A DNA stretch of 64,000 bases from Desulfobacterales bacterium (GCA_963674755.2 CAXXVS010000003.1:2080001-2144000), one strand, 5' to 3'; positions 28,487-39,726 are shown, counted from the first letter of the stretch. The notes: a model not told the origin generated them from the letters alone. A program made the numbers and translations.

Positions 28487-31400
28487 ATGAAACTTTCCAT
28501 CCGGTGGGTCCTGATAGTGGGAATTCTGGCCACTATCTGGGTCACCCAGCTGATTACGATTTCCACCAGTTATGTGTCCTCCCAGCGGGTTTTGCTGACC
28601 CATGCCCAGGACATCATGCGCAATATCGCCGACCTGGCCATGAAACAGGCCGAGAACCACCTGGCCCATGCAGAATCCGCCGCACTCCTCACCAAGCGTC
28701 TGTTGACATCCAACGTAGTCAGCCGCGCCCAGGATCGTATGACCGATCTGGAGCGCTATTTCCAAGACCAACTGGCGGTGTATGGCCAGTTTGCCGGGAT
28801 CTATCTGGGGGAACCCAACGGCGATTTTTTTGACGTGCGGCGGGATGACACCCATGGCCCGGGCGGGCTGCGAACCAAGACGATACTCAACACCGCCGCC
28901 GGGAAGGAAACCCGCCTGGTCTGGCGTGACAAGACCAACCGTGTTGTGGACCAGCAGGCTGTCCATGACGATCCCTACGATCCCCGCAAACGCCCCTGGT
29001 ACATCAAGGCCATGGAAGAAAAGCGCATCGTCTGGACGGATCCTTACATTTTCTTTACATCCCAGAAACCCGGCATCACCATCGCGGGGCCGACCTACGC
29101 CCCGGACGGATCGCTCAGGGGCATTGTGGGCGTGGACATCGAGATCGATGAGCTTTCCCGTTTTATCAGTCAATTGCGCATCGGCAAACATGGCCGTGCT
29201 TTCATGCTCAACCGCAACGGCGACGTGGTGGCGTTTCCGGATCTGGCCAAACTGAAATATAAAGATTCTGCCGAGGGGCGAACGTTTCGTTTGGCCAAAA
29301 TCGATGAACTGGACGACGTTTTGAGTCGCAAGGCCTTCGAAGCCATGGCACTGCCTTATGGTGCGGACGGGAGGTTCCGCTTAGACCAACCGCGATTTGG
29401 TAAGTTCGAACAGGCCGGACAGACCTACCATACCATGTTTACGCCGTTCCCAGGCCGCCAATGGCCCTGGGTGATCGGCGTCTATATTCCCGAAGACGAT
29501 TATATCGGTGCCATTAAGGACAACCGGCGGGCCAACATCATGATCACCTTGATATGCTCAGTGGTCGCGACCATTTTTGCCCTCTGGTTGGCTGGCGGGA
29601 TCATTCGGCCGGTGGCGGGAATGGCCGAAGAGGCCCAGGCCATCCGGGAGAAGGATTTCCAACGTCGCGTCTCCACTGACTCCATCTATCGGGAGATCCA
29701 GGCTACGGCGGACTCGCTGGCCGCGCTGAAGGCGGCACTGCTGCGCAGCAAGGAGAAGTACCGCAGCATTTTCAGCCACATCCAGGATATTTACTACGAA
29801 AGTGACATGTCAGGAACTCTCCTGGAAGTGAGCCCTTCGGTGGAAAAGCACAGCCACTATACCCGTGCCGAATTGATCGGGCAATCCGCCTATCGGCTTT
29901 ACCAGGATCCTGCCCAGCGAGACGCATTGGTGAACGCTTTCGCCGAACACGGGCAGGTCAGCGACTATGAGGTGACGATTCGCGACAAGGATGACTCGCT
30001 TTTGTACTGTTCCATCAATGCCCGGCTGCTGCGCGGGGCGGGCGGCACGCCGGAGCGCATGGTGGGGTCGTTGCGCATCATCAACGACCGCAAACAGGCG
30101 GAACAGGAGCTTGAAAAATACCGCCGCGAACTGGAGGCGCTCGTTGAAGAACGAACCGGCGACCTGCGAGCGGTCAACCAGAAGCTCCTGGCGGAAATCG
30201 AACAGCGTAAAGTGACCGAAGAGGCGTTACGCAAAAGCGAAGGCCGCTACCGGACCATTCTGGAAGATATCGAAGAGGGGTATTTCGAGTGCGATCTGAG
30301 CGGCCGCTTGACCTTCTTCAACGATACGCTCTGCCGCATCATGGGGTTCAGCCGCGCCGAGCTGCTGGGCATGGATGGACGCCATTTCATGTCGGCGCGC
30401 TCGGCCCGCAAAATCACTGAACGCCTGCGCCATGTCACCAGCGAGAGGGATGCCATCAAGGTGACGGAACTGGAAGTTTTTCGCCGGGACCGAGCCCACC
30501 GCACCATGGAGATATCCGCCTCCCTTATCCTGGACCGGCAAGGACAGCCGGCCGGCCACCGCGGTCTGGTGCATGATGTCACCGAACGGCTGCAGGCTGA
30601 ACGCGAGCGCCGGCGCATGGAACGCAAATTCCAGCAGGTCCAGCGGTTGAAAGGCCTGGGAACGCTGGCCGGCGGCGTGGCCCACGACTTCAACAACCTC
30701 CTGATGGGGATCCAGGGCAATGTGTCCGTTCTGCTCCTGGACTGCCCGCCGGATTCGGAACTCTATGAAAATCTCCAGAGCATTCAGCAATGTGTGGAAA
30801 GCGGGGCCAAGCTCACCCAGCAACTCCTGGGCTTTGCGCGGGGCGGTAAATACGTCGTCGAGCCGACGGACCTGAACCGCATCGTGCACGCCACCTCCCA
30901 GCTTTTCGGCCGCACGCGCAAAGAAATCATTATCTTCGAGAACTACGAGGAGGATATCTGGGCCGTCAATGTGGACCAGAAGCAGATCGAACAGGTCCTC
31001 CTGAATATCTACATCAACGCCTGGCAGGCCATGCCGGAGGGCGGCGAGCTCTACCTGCGCACGGAGAACCTCGTTCTGGACAGCCGGCACGGGAACTTGT
31101 TTCCCACGACACCCGGCAAGTATGTCAAAATTTCCGTCCGGGATACGGGGCGGGGCATGGACGAAACCACCATGCAGCGCATTTTCGAGCCTTTTTTTAC
31201 GACCAAGGAAATCGGAACCGGAACAGGGCTGGGGCTGGCATCGGCCTTCGGCATCATCAAGAATCACAACGGCTTCATCGATGTTCACAGCAAGCCGGGG
31301 AAGGGTGCCGTATTCGCCATTTATCTGCCGGCCACCGAAGAAAAAGTGCAAGAATTTGAGAAGAAGGCCGTCGAAATGGTGCCGGGCAGCGAAACCGTTT

Positions 31401-31753
31401 TGCTGGTGGATGATGAACAAACCATTTTGGAGGCCTGCGCCGCCATGCTGGAGCGGATGGGATACCGTGTCCTGGTCGCCCGGGGCGGCAACGAGGCCAT
31501 TACAATCTACCGCGAACACCAGGCCGAGATCGATCTCGTGATTCTCGATATTATCATGCCGGATATGAGCGGCGGGGAAGTCTTCGATCACCTCCTGCGC
31601 ATCGATCCCGAGGTGCGGGTGCTGCTCTCCAGCGGATACAGCATCGAAGATCAGGCTGCCGAGATCATGGGACGCGGCTGCGACGGATTTATTCAGAAAC
31701 CCTACCAAGTGGAACAGCTGCACCGAAATATCAGGGAAATCATGGAATCGTGA
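28487..31753 (+). CDS. Hybrid sensor histidine kinase (Cache-HAMP-PAS-PAS-HisKA-HATPase-REC)
   Basis: YDPRKRPWY and WTDPY Cache motifs, AGGVAHDFNNLL H-box, FEPFFTTK-GTGLGL, C-terminal LVILDIIMP receiver. Confidence 0.95.
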   Translation: MKLSIRWVLIVGILATIWVTQLITISTSYVSSQRVLLTHAQDIMRNIADLAMKQAENHLAHAESAALLTKRLLTSNVVSRAQDRMTDLERYFQDQLAVYGQFAGIYLGEPNGDFFDVRRDDTHGPGGLRTKTILNTAAGKETRLVWRDKTNRVVDQQAVHDDPYDPRKRPWYIKAMEEKRIVWTDPYIFFTSQKPGITIAGPTYAPDGSLRGIVGVDIEIDELSRFISQLRIGKHGRAFMLNRNGDVVAFPDLAKLKYKDSAEGRTFRLAKIDELDDVLSRKAFEAMALPYGADGRFRLDQPRFGKFEQAGQTYHTMFTPFPGRQWPWVIGVYIPEDDYIGAIKDNRRANIMITLICSVVATIFALWLAGGIIRPVAGMAEEAQAIREKDFQRRVSTDSIYREIQATADSLAALKAALLRSKEKYRSIFSHIQDIYYESDMSGTLLEVSPSVEKHSHYTRAELIGQSAYRLYQDPAQRDALVNAFAEHGQVSDYEVTIRDKDDSLLYCSINARLLRGAGGTPERMVGSLRIINDRKQAEQELEKYRRELEALVEERTGDLRAVNQKLLAEIEQRKVTEEALRKSEGRYRTILEDIEEGYFECDLSGRLTFFNDTLCRIMGFSRAELLGMDGRHFMSARSARKITERLRHVTSERDAIKVTELEVFRRDRAHRTMEISASLILDRQGQPAGHRGLVHDVTERLQAERERRRMERKFQQVQRLKGLGTLAGGVAHDFNNLLMGIQGNVSVLLLDCPPDSELYENLQSIQQCVESGAKLTQQLLGFARGGKYVVEPTDLNRIVHATSQLFGRTRKEIIIFENYEEDIWAVNVDQKQIEQVLLNIYINAWQAMPEGGELYLRTENLVLDSRHGNLFPTTPGKYVKISVRDTGRGMDETTMQRIFEPFFTTKEIGTGTGLGLASAFGIIKNHNGFIDVHSKPGKGAVFAIYLPATEEKVQEFEKKAVEMVPGSETVLLVDDEQTILEACAAMLERMGYRVLVARGGNEAITIYREHQAEIDLVILDIIMPDMSGGEVFDHLLRIDPEVRVLLSSGYSIEDQAAEIMGRGCDGFIQKPYQVEQLHRNIREIMES

Positions 31754-31793
31754 TGGCGGGGAGGATAGGGGACGGGCCGCAAACGGAAGGTAT

Positions 31794-31824
31794 AAAAAAA
31801 GGGCGACCTGGGCCGCCCTTTTTT
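31794..31824. terminator. Bidirectional intrinsic terminator
   Basis: A7-GGGCG-loop-CGCCC-T6 between the convergent kinase gene and tRNA-Ala. Confidence 0.85.
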
Positions 31825-31830
31825 GTCGAT

Positions 31831-31906
31831 TGGTGGAGCTGAGGGGACTTGAACCCCTGGCCTCATGACTGCCAGTCATGCGCTCTCCCAGCTGAGCTAC
31901 AGCCCC
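31831..31906 (-). tRNA. tRNA-Ala(GGC)
   Basis: GGGGCTGTAGCTCAGCTGGGAGAGCGCATGACTGGCAGTCATGAGGCCAGGGGTTCAAGTCCCCTCAGCTCCACCA. Confidence 0.97.
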
Positions 31907-31922
31907 ATGACGATAAGCGCGA

Positions 31923-31951
31923 AAATTAACAAACCCTTCCGGTGCTGTCAA
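31923..31951 (-). promoter_or_regulatory. sigma70 promoter of tRNA-Ala
   Basis: TTGACA-17 nt-TAATTT on the minus strand. Confidence 0.7.
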
Positions 31952-32035
31952 TATTTTTTTCAATGCGAGCGGATTGCGGAAATGGATCGACAGCGCCGGT
32001 CCTTGATCGCCGCCCTGTCCGCGGCGTCTATCCTA

Positions 32036-32064
32036 TTGACAAAAGAAGCGCTTCAACTTATTAA
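32036..32064 (+). promoter_or_regulatory. sigma70 promoter upstream of ppiD
   Basis: TTGACA-17 nt-TATTAA. Confidence 0.6.
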
Positions 32065-32205
32065 AAGCGCTTATATTTTTACGAAGACGGCTTGCTTGGC
32101 GATGGGGTGCTCTGCGGGCCAGGTTGATCCGAGTTGCAAGGCAGGCCATGGCCAGGCCTCCTGGATCGATCGGTTACCCTAGCCGGTAACGAAGAAAGGA
32201 TATCT

Positions 32206-34098
32206 ATGCTTACTCAGATGCGGGAAAATGTCGGCAGCTGGATCATCAAATTGCTGCTCGGCGCGATCGTGGTGGTGTTCGTCCTGTGGGGGGTCGGGCC
32301 CGACCAGAAATCCCCCAACGCGACGGTTGCGACCGTGGACGGCGCCTCGATCGGATATCAGGAATTCAGCCGGACCTACCAGAATTTGCTGGAGAATATC
32401 CGCCGGCAGTTCGGCGACAACGTCAATGAGGACATGCTCAACGCGCTCAACCTCAAAGAGCAGGCCATCAATCAGCTGGTCGACCGCCGCATCATCCTCA
32501 ATGCTGCGGAAAAGATGGGGTTTGACGTCACGGATGAAGAACTGAGCGCTTCCATTGCCGCCATCCCGGCCTTCCAGACCCCAAACGGATTTAGCACCCA
32601 GGCGTATCAGGCGGTGCTCGGCCGGTTGGGACTGACGCCGGAAGCTTTCGAGGCCTCCCAGCGCGAAGACCTGCTGATTCAGAAGATGACCGAGTTCATC
32701 GCCCACACCGTGAATGTCTCCGAGGCGGAGGCCACGGCCTGGTATCAGTGGCAAAACGCGACGGTGGATATCGAATATCTGCGCCTTGACCCGAAGGCTT
32801 ACAAGGATCTGCCGGTGAGCGATGAAGAAGCCCGCACCTATTTTGAGGCCCACCAAAATCGTTACGAGACCGAACCCCAGATCAAAAGCCGCTATCTTGT
32901 CTTTCGGCCCGCCGACTATAAATCACGCGTCCAGGTGAGCGATGAGGACGTCAAAACCTACTATGAGGAAAATCAGGCCGAGTTTTTTACGCCCGAGACT
33001 GTCGAAGCCCGCCATATCCTCATCAAAGTAGGTAAGGACGCGGATGAGGCGGCGGTCGAGGCCGCCCGTCGCCGTGCCCAGGCCGTCTATGAGCGCGCCG
33101 TCCAGGGGGAGGATTTCGCCAAGCTGGCCAAAGAATTTTCCGAAGGGCCGTCCCGCAATCAGGGCGGCTACTTGGGGACGTTCGGCCGCGGCAAGATGAT
33201 CAAACCTTTTGAAGACAAGGCGTTTGCGCTTCAGGCCGGTGAAATCAGCGCGCCGGTACGCACGGATTTCGGCTGGCACATCATCAAAGTCGAAAAACAC
33301 AATATCGCCCATACCCTGACCCTGGAAGAAGCCCAAAACAAGATTCGCGGTTTGTTGAGCGATAAGAAAGCCCGGGCGCTCGCCTTGGAAGATGCCGAAA
33401 GCGCCTATGATATGACCTATGGCGGTGACGACATGCTCGCGGCAGCGGAGAGTTTGGGGGTGACGGTGCACTCCACGGATTGGATCGCGCAGGGGGATAC
33501 CGTTCCGGGCGTGGCCGATTCTCCAAAGTTCGTGGCGGCGGCGTTCGCATTGGATACCATGGCCGTCAGTGACGTAAAGGACCTGGGGGACGGGTTTTAT
33601 CTTATCCAGTCTCTTGAAAACCGACCGGCCGAAATTCCCGCTTTTGATACGGTCAAGGAGCGCGTCGTCCAAGATGTACGGGAAGAGAAGCAATGGACCC
33701 AGGCCGATACGGAAGCCCGTGCCATGCTGCAGTCTTTGCGGGATGGCGGAACACTGGCCGCGCTGGGCCAGCCCAAAGGCCTCAGCCCCAAGACGACCGG
33801 CGAGTTTAAGCGCAATGACGCCATTCCGGGGATCGGGTATGATCCGGGTCTGGCTGCGGCGGCGTTCAAGCTGAGCACCCAAACGCCTTATCCGGAGGCG
33901 CCGGTGCGCGGGCAGCAGAGTGTGTTTGTCTTACGCCTCCTGGAGCGGCGTCTTCCGGACGCCCAAGCGGCGCAGGCCCAGATGGAACCCATCAAGCAGC
34001 AGTTGTTGCAGCGCAAACAGGGGGAGATTTACCAGAACTGGATCGCCCAGGCCCGCAGCCGGACAGAGATCGAGATCGATCGCGCAATGTTGAACTAA
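32206..34098 (+). CDS. ppiD: PpiD-like periplasmic chaperone (SurA N-domain plus parvulin PPIase)
   Basis: MLTQMRE plus N-terminal [38 protein letters not shown]. Confidence 0.9.
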   Translation: MLTQMRENVGSWIIKLLLGAIVVVFVLWGVGPDQKSPNATVATVDGASIGYQEFSRTYQNLLENIRRQFGDNVNEDMLNALNLKEQAINQLVDRRIILNAAEKMGFDVTDEELSASIAAIPAFQTPNGFSTQAYQAVLGRLGLTPEAFEASQREDLLIQKMTEFIAHTVNVSEAEATAWYQWQNATVDIEYLRLDPKAYKDLPVSDEEARTYFEAHQNRYETEPQIKSRYLVFRPADYKSRVQVSDEDVKTYYEENQAEFFTPETVEARHILIKVGKDADEAAVEAARRRAQAVYERAVQGEDFAKLAKEFSEGPSRNQGGYLGTFGRGKMIKPFEDKAFALQAGEISAPVRTDFGWHIIKVEKHNIAHTLTLEEAQNKIRGLLSDKKARALALEDAESAYDMTYGGDDMLAAAESLGVTVHSTDWIAQGDTVPGVADSPKFVAAAFALDTMAVSDVKDLGDGFYLIQSLENRPAEIPAFDTVKERVVQDVREEKQWTQADTEARAMLQSLRDGGTLAALGQPKGLSPKTTGEFKRNDAIPGIGYDPGLAAAAFKLSTQTPYPEAPVRGQQSVFVLRLLERRLPDAQAAQAQMEPIKQQLLQRKQGEIYQNWIAQARSRTEIEIDRAMLN

Positions 34099-34166
34099 CC
34101 CGCCGCGGCACGAGCCGATCGCGATCAGGCCTTCCGCCATCGGTTGCCGTGTTGGAGAAACGCGAC

Positions 34167-34403
34167 ATGGCCAAGAAAGAGAAGTCGAAGGTAGACGTCA
34201 AGACCTTTACGGTCAAAAAATGCCCATACTGTTACAATCACCTGGCGGTCAATGTGACACGTTGTGATATGTGCGGCAAACGGGTGGGGCCGGTGGAGTC
34301 GAGCGGATGGGCCAAAAAGACGGTCGACTGGAAAGCCTATGTTACGGCGGCCGTTGCGGTAACCGCCTTCCTCGTCTATTTTTGGTGGGCCTTCATGCGT
34401 TAG
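34167..34403 (+). CDS. Small zinc-ribbon protein with C-terminal TM helix
   Basis: CPYC...CDMC and a hydrophobic C-terminus. GGAG RBS. Confidence 0.65.
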   Translation: MAKKEKSKVDVKTFTVKKCPYCYNHLAVNVTRCDMCGKRVGPVESSGWAKKTVDWKAYVTAAVAVTAFLVYFWWAFMR

Positions 34404-34493
34404 GCCACGCGACGTAGCGGATCGCAGCGGGCTCGGGCGGGAGGCGGCCGGTGGTACCTTACGGGGATCGGCCGCCTGCCGGAGCGCAGGCCG

Positions 34494-35162
34494 TCAGCGG
34501 GCCAGCATGGCCCGCATCATATCGCCCGCATTTTCCGCGTGGTCGGCGATGGACCCGATGATTTCCGCCAAGCGGATCATGTGGAAGACGGTGACCGGGT
34601 CGGTCTGCATGTTGAATACCCGCTGTTTGATCTCCGCCTCGATCTTGTCCGCGGCATGTTCCTGCGCGCGCACCGTGCGGATGATTTCCTTAACGGCTAC
34701 CCGCTGGCTCTCGGAGTAGGTTGCAAAATAGCGCTTGGCCTCCGCCACCATGTGACTCAATTCTTCCAGGGGATCGATGACGGCATCCACCAGCAGGAAA
34801 ATATCCTTGTGCAGTTCTTCCGGGATGCCCGGTTCGCTCCGATACGATATCCAGCTCAAGGCTCCCTTGACCGCATCCAAGACCTGATCCTGCTCCCTGA
34901 GATAGCGAAAGAGCTGGAATTTGCTGACCGGCATCAGGGTGCCGACCGGCAGGTGACCGCGAATACGGCGTTTGATGCTGTCCGCCTGGTTTTCGAGTTG
35001 ACTGACTTCCTTGCGCAGTTCCTCGAATTGGCGGCAGCGGTCGGAGATGTGGCATTCGATCGCCTGCTGAAAAGCCCAGGCGCATTCTTTCACCTTTTCG
35101 GCATGCTCCTGGAGCCCTTCGAATGGCGAGGTGACAAAAAAGGATAAAAAGGGAATACGCAT
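34494..35162 (-). CDS. DUF47/TIGR00153 PhoU-like phosphate transport regulator
   Basis: SPFEGLQEH, LENQADSIKRRIR, EHAADKIE, IADHAENAGD. Directly downstream of pit. Confidence 0.9.
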   Translation of the reverse strand: MRIPFLSFFVTSPFEGLQEHAEKVKECAWAFQQAIECHISDRCRQFEELRKEVSQLENQADSIKRRIRGHLPVGTLMPVSKFQLFRYLREQDQVLDAVKGALSWISYRSEPGIPEELHKDIFLLVDAVIDPLEELSHMVAEAKRYFATYSESQRVAVKEIIRTVRAQEHAADKIEAEIKQRVFNMQTDPVTVFHMIRLAEIIGSIADHAENAGDMMRAMLAR

Positions 35163-35180
35163 AGGGGTCTCCTTATTCCA

Positions 35181-36404
35181 TTACATCAGGATGTCCAAAA
35201 GCTTGAAGATCGCCATACTGGTCAGGGCCGCGGCCGGGACGGTCAGGATCCAGTAGAGAACGATTTGATACATGACGCGAAAGTTGACGGCTTCGATGCC
35301 CCGGGCCAGACCGACCCCCATGACACCGCCCACCGCCGCATGGGTCGTGGAAACCGGCAGCCCCATCTTGGAGGCCAGCAGAACCGTCGTGGCGGCGGCA
35401 AAGTCGACCGAAAAGCCGCGGGTATTGGTCAAGGTCGTGATTTTGTTGCCGATGGTATCCATAACCCGATGACCGGCCATACCGATACCGCAGGCGATGC
35501 CGATTCCCCCGAACAGGAGGAGGAAAAGCGGCACCGGCACTTTCGCGCCCACGGTACCCGTTTTGACCAGAAAATAGATCACCGCCAGCGGCCCGATGGC
35601 GTTGGCCACATCATTCGCCCCTTGCGCCAAGGCGACATAGCACGACGTGCCGATCTGGATCTTACGGAAGACCTCCTCCGTTCCCTGGTCGTCCAGGGGA
35701 ATAAACCGCTTGAGAAGCCCCCTGCCGAGGCATCCCACGAGCGCCGCTGTAGTCAGGCCGATGGCGACCGCCCCCGGTGTACCGATCGAAATCGTTTTCC
35801 CCAGGGGGGTCTTGAACAGGAAGGAGAGCACCACCACAAACACCGTCGCGCCGATGAAGAGCGGCGAGAGCCGGAGCGCCCAACGGACGGCATCATCTTT
35901 GCGCAGGATGAATTTGACGATGAGCTTGAATATGCCCCATCCGATAACCAGGCTGAAAACAGGGGAGATGACCCAGCTCGCCACGACAGCGCCCAGCTTG
36001 CCCCAGTTGATGACGGTCAAACCGCCGGCCATGATACCGAAGCCGATCATGGCGCCCACGATGGAATGGGTCGTGGAGACGGGCAGGGATTTCCAGGTGG
36101 CGAAGCTCACCCATAGGGCGGCGGCCAGAAGGGCCGAAAGTGCTCCGATCAGTGCCAAGTGGGGATCGGCCAGCACATCCGTGGATACGATCCCTTTGCG
36201 AATGGTGTTGGTGACCTGGGCGCCGATGAAGGTGGCCCCCACGCAGTTGAGGATACCGGCAATAAAGACGGCCTGGCGGATGGTAATGGCTTTGGCGCCC
36301 ACAGCCGACGCCATGGAATTGGCAACGTCATTGGCGCCGATGTTCCACGACATGTAAAAGCCGAAAACATATCCGATGACGAGAACCATCGACTCAGATA
36401 GCAT
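35181..36404 (-). CDS. PiT family inorganic phosphate transporter
   Basis: Two GANDVAN motifs and two LPVSTTH motifs. Confidence 0.95.
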   Translation of the reverse strand: MLSESMVLVIGYVFGFYMSWNIGANDVANSMASAVGAKAITIRQAVFIAGILNCVGATFIGAQVTNTIRKGIVSTDVLADPHLALIGALSALLAAALWVSFATWKSLPVSTTHSIVGAMIGFGIMAGGLTVINWGKLGAVVASWVISPVFSLVIGWGIFKLIVKFILRKDDAVRWALRLSPLFIGATVFVVVLSFLFKTPLGKTISIGTPGAVAIGLTTAALVGCLGRGLLKRFIPLDDQGTEEVFRKIQIGTSCYVALAQGANDVANAIGPLAVIYFLVKTGTVGAKVPVPLFLLLFGGIGIACGIGMAGHRVMDTIGNKITTLTNTRGFSVDFAAATTVLLASKMGLPVSTTHAAVGGVMGVGLARGIEAVNFRVMYQIVLYWILTVPAAALTSMAIFKLLDILM

Positions 36405-36698
36405 AGCGTTCCAGTATCTCCGGTGGTCATCGAGGGCGCCTGGGCATGCGGTGCATGGGGCGGGGCCTATTGGACCGGTGCCTGCGGCATCGGGCCGCAC
36501 TTAACGGGCGGGCCGTATGCGTGCGTTGGGCCGACGTCGAGCAAACCGACGCCGGTCGGTGCCGCTTTTTGTTTCCCGCGTGGATGGTGTTGGGGATAGC
36601 ATGCCCCCAACATCAAATCAAACCCTATCCGGGACCTGGCGGGACGTGTGTGACAGCCGGGCACCGCCTGATGGATGGCCCGGTTTCCAGGCCATGTT

Positions 36699-38639
36699 CT
36701 ACCAGAGGTCTCCGGAACGACGTTCCAGGACAGTGTCCGGCAGATCGGCCAGGAAGCGGGACGGCAGGCTCAGCAGCATGCCGCTCATGCGGTCGTAGAC
36801 CTGCCCGGGGCACATGAAATAGAGCTGCTCACGGGCCCGGGTGGCGGCCACGTACATGAGCCGGAGTTCTTCGTCGAGCTGCCCCTCGTTTTCCGAAGCC
36901 ATCACGGAAGGGAAGCGCCCGTCCAAGGCCCACAGAATAAAGACGGTGTGCCACTCGAGCCCCTTGGCGGAGTGCACGGTCGAGAGAATCAAATGCTCCC
37001 GTGTTTCGTCGACCTTGCCAAAGGCGCCCGAAACCGTGGCCGAGGGGGGCTCCAAGGTCATATCTTCCAGGAACTTTTCAAGGTCGTCATAGGCTTCCAT
37101 GATCGTCAGGAGCTGTTCGAGATCCCGGATGCGTTTGGGGTGGTCGTCGAAGCGCTGCTGGGCGATCGGTAGGTAATAGGCCAGCACCGCTTCTCCCAAA
37201 GCGATAGGTGTCAAGGCGGTATCCTCAAGGGTCCGGATAAGCGTCTTCAAGCGCTGGATACCGGGCTTGCGCGCCAATTTCGACTCGTCTTCAATGAAGC
37301 CGCGCAGGCCGGCCGCGCGGCCCTGAAGACGTTCGTAAAGGGCTTGGGCGGACTTGGGACCGATCTTGTCTTCCAGCAGCAGAATACGAAACCAGCTCAG
37401 GCGGTCATAGGGATTGCAAAGGACCCGCAGATAGGCCAGGAGATCCTTGATATGGGCCGAATCCATGAATTTGAAGCCCCCGTACTTGACATAGTCGATG
37501 CCGTTGCGGGTGAGCTCGACCTCCAGGTCGAAAGAATGGAACCCGGCCCGGAAAAGAACGGCGATGTCGTTGAGGGGGATGCCCTGGCGGGACAGCTCCA
37601 GGATTTTATCGACCACGAAGCGTGACTGGCTGTTTTCACTTCCGGTGTGGACGAGCTGGGGAGCGTGCCGACCCTGTCGTTTGGAAAAAAGGGTTTTGGG
37701 GTATTTTTCGGTCGCCTGGTCGATCAGCTGGTTGGTCAAGGCCAGAATGGGTTCGACACTGCGATAGTTTTCCTCCAGGGTGATGACCCGCGTGCCGGGG
37801 AAACGTTGCGGGAAATCCATGATATTGCGGAAATCCGCGCCGCGGAAAGAGTAAATGCTCTGGGAATCGTCCCCGACCACCATGATATTCTTGTGCGCGC
37901 CGGCCAGATGGTGAACGATGCGGGCCTGAACATGGTTGGTATCCTGGTACTCGTCCACCATGATGTGGTGGTAGTATGCCGCAATCCGCTCCCGAATGTC
38001 GGGGTGCTCGTCAAGCAGCAGCCAGAGATTGTTCAGGAGATCATCGTAATCCATCACGGCCTGCTGCTTTTTGAGCGCCGTATAGCCCTCCTGGACAGCC
38101 TGGAGGACATCCAGATAAGGAAGAAAATGCGGGTATTCGGCATCGACGATATCATCCAGGGAGGCATCTTTGTTGGTGCTTTTGCTGAATATATCCGCCA
38201 AGGTCTTCTTGCGGGGAAAGGCGCCCAAGAAGGGGGCGTCGATTTGCTCTTTCACGACGAAGCCGATCAGGCTTTCCGCATCCGGCCGATCGATGATGGA
38301 AAAGCTGTTGGGGAAATCCATTACGGCGGCATACCGTTTAAGGATGCTGTTGGCGAAGGAATGAAACGTCCCCCCCGCAATCTGATGGCAGCGGTTGTCC
38401 AGCAGACGGCTGGCGCGCTGCAGCATTTCCCCGGCCGCTTTGCGGGTGAAGGTCAGCAGCAGGATGGTTTCCGGTGCATGGCCTTCTTCTACCAGTCGTG
38501 CCGCGCGATATGTCAGGGTGCGGGTTTTGCCGCTGCCGGCCCCGGCGATGACCAACAGGGGGCCTGTATCGTGAAAAACCGCTTCGTACTGGGCGGCATT
38601 CAACTCCCTCTGGAAACGTTCGGCGAGTGATGGTGTCAT
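36699..38639 (-). CDS. UvrD/PcrA/Rep family ATP-dependent DNA helicase
   Basis: AGAGSGKT, LTFTRKAA, VDEYQD, VGDDSQSIYSFRGA, LEENYRS, STVHSAKGLEW, EELRLMYVAATRA. Confidence 0.95.
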   Translation of the reverse strand: MTPSLAERFQRELNAAQYEAVFHDTGPLLVIAGAGSGKTRTLTYRAARLVEEGHAPETILLLTFTRKAAGEMLQRASRLLDNRCHQIAGGTFHSFANSILKRYAAVMDFPNSFSIIDRPDAESLIGFVVKEQIDAPFLGAFPRKKTLADIFSKSTNKDASLDDIVDAEYPHFLPYLDVLQAVQEGYTALKKQQAVMDYDDLLNNLWLLLDEHPDIRERIAAYYHHIMVDEYQDTNHVQARIVHHLAGAHKNIMVVGDDSQSIYSFRGADFRNIMDFPQRFPGTRVITLEENYRSVEPILALTNQLIDQATEKYPKTLFSKRQGRHAPQLVHTGSENSQSRFVVDKILELSRQGIPLNDIAVLFRAGFHSFDLEVELTRNGIDYVKYGGFKFMDSAHIKDLLAYLRVLCNPYDRLSWFRILLLEDKIGPKSAQALYERLQGRAAGLRGFIEDESKLARKPGIQRLKTLIRTLEDTALTPIALGEAVLAYYLPIAQQRFDDHPKRIRDLEQLLTIMEAYDDLEKFLEDMTLEPPSATVSGAFGKVDETREHLILSTVHSAKGLEWHTVFILWALDGRFPSVMASENEGQLDEELRLMYVAATRAREQLYFMCPGQVYDRMSGMLLSLPSRFLADLPDTVLERRSGDLW

Positions 38640-38663
38640 AAATCTCTCGATGTCTTTTAAACG

Positions 38664-38698
<35 letters not shown>

Positions 38699-39267
38699 TT
38701 TGCGGACCCGGATGGCATCAGCTGCAAGGGGCAGGCGGCGAAATGCGAGGAATGCCGGCTGTTGTGGTGCACGGGCCAAAGGCTAGCCGTGCCGATCAGC
38801 ATCCGGCATTCTATCTATGGAAGCGTGTTCTTCCACAGGGGTGCCAATTTGTCAATATGGAGGCGGTCTTGACACTCGTCCCATGAAAGCGCCTCACCAT
38901 CACAACCCTACATCTATCCCCTGGCTGCCATCGCCGCGCGGCTCTTCTCCCCTGCTGAGAATAAAAAAGAGTGGGAGGACATTTTTCTTCCAGCCCTCTG
39001 TCGGTCCCCGTTCAGCGGCTTCCGGTAAGAAGATCGCGCTGCAAGAAAAGGAACAAATTTAAAAATATAAACATAACAATAGGTTAAGATATTTCTATCC
39101 GTTATGGGGAGTAATTCGGTAAAGCCACACCACTGCTGCATCGTCTATGACTACCCTATCTAATGTGCTTTTTTTATTGATGATAGAGTTGACTTTACAT
39201 ATTCTTTGTATTAGCCTGACTTCGTCAGGCACCGATTAATCGAAATAGAAGAAGGAGGATATGTCAG

Positions 39268-39726
39268 ATGAAGAAATTAAAAGAGCAGCTGAAAGCGGTG
39301 TCCAAAGAACTGGTTAAGCTTTCCAAGCAGGTTGACAAGGCGACCGCTAAGCTAGACAAGCTTGCGAGCATGAGTGCCAAGAAAGCGGCTCCCAAGAAAG
39401 CCGCCGCCAAGAAGACCACGGCCAAGAAGACCACGGTCAAGAAAACGGCTGCCAAGAAACCCGCCGCCAAGAAAACCGTCGCCAAGAAGACTGCCGCCAA
39501 AAAACCTGCCGCCAAGAAGACCACGGCAAAGAAAACCGCTGACAAAAATCCAACCGTGCTCGATGCGGTCTACGACGTGATCGGCAAATCCCGCAATGGC
39601 GCCACCATAGCGCAACTCAAGGAAAAGACCGGTCTTTCGCCCCGCCAATTGAGCAATGCGCTTTACAAACTTTCGACGCGTGGTAAAATCGTTGCCAAAT
39701 CACGCGGCCTCTATGTCAAGAAATAA
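39268..39726 (+). CDS. Histone H1-like basic protein (coiled coil, KKxxA repeats, C-terminal winged helix)
   Basis: AAGGAGG RBS, about 11 KKxx(A/P/V) pentapeptides, C-terminal VLDAVYDVIGKSRNGATIAQLKEKTGLSPRQLSNALYKLSTRGKIVAKSRGLY. Confidence 0.85.
   Translation: MKKLKEQLKAVSKELVKLSKQVDKATAKLDKLASMSAKKAAPKKAAAKKTTAKKTTVKKTAAKKPAAKKTVAKKTAAKKPAAKKTTAKKTADKNPTVLDAVYDVIGKSRNGATIAQLKEKTGLSPRQLSNALYKLSTRGKIVAKSRGLYVKK

Noticed and set aside
31831..31906. tRNA-Ala as an integration site of a genomic island
   Set aside because: There is no integrase and no duplicated tRNA 3' end in the window, and a normal terminator follows the tRNA.
39379..39540. 15-bp periodic repeats as a CRISPR array or non-coding tandem repeat
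   Set aside because: They are degenerate coding repeats of KKxxA pentapeptides with no spacers, and there are no cas genes.
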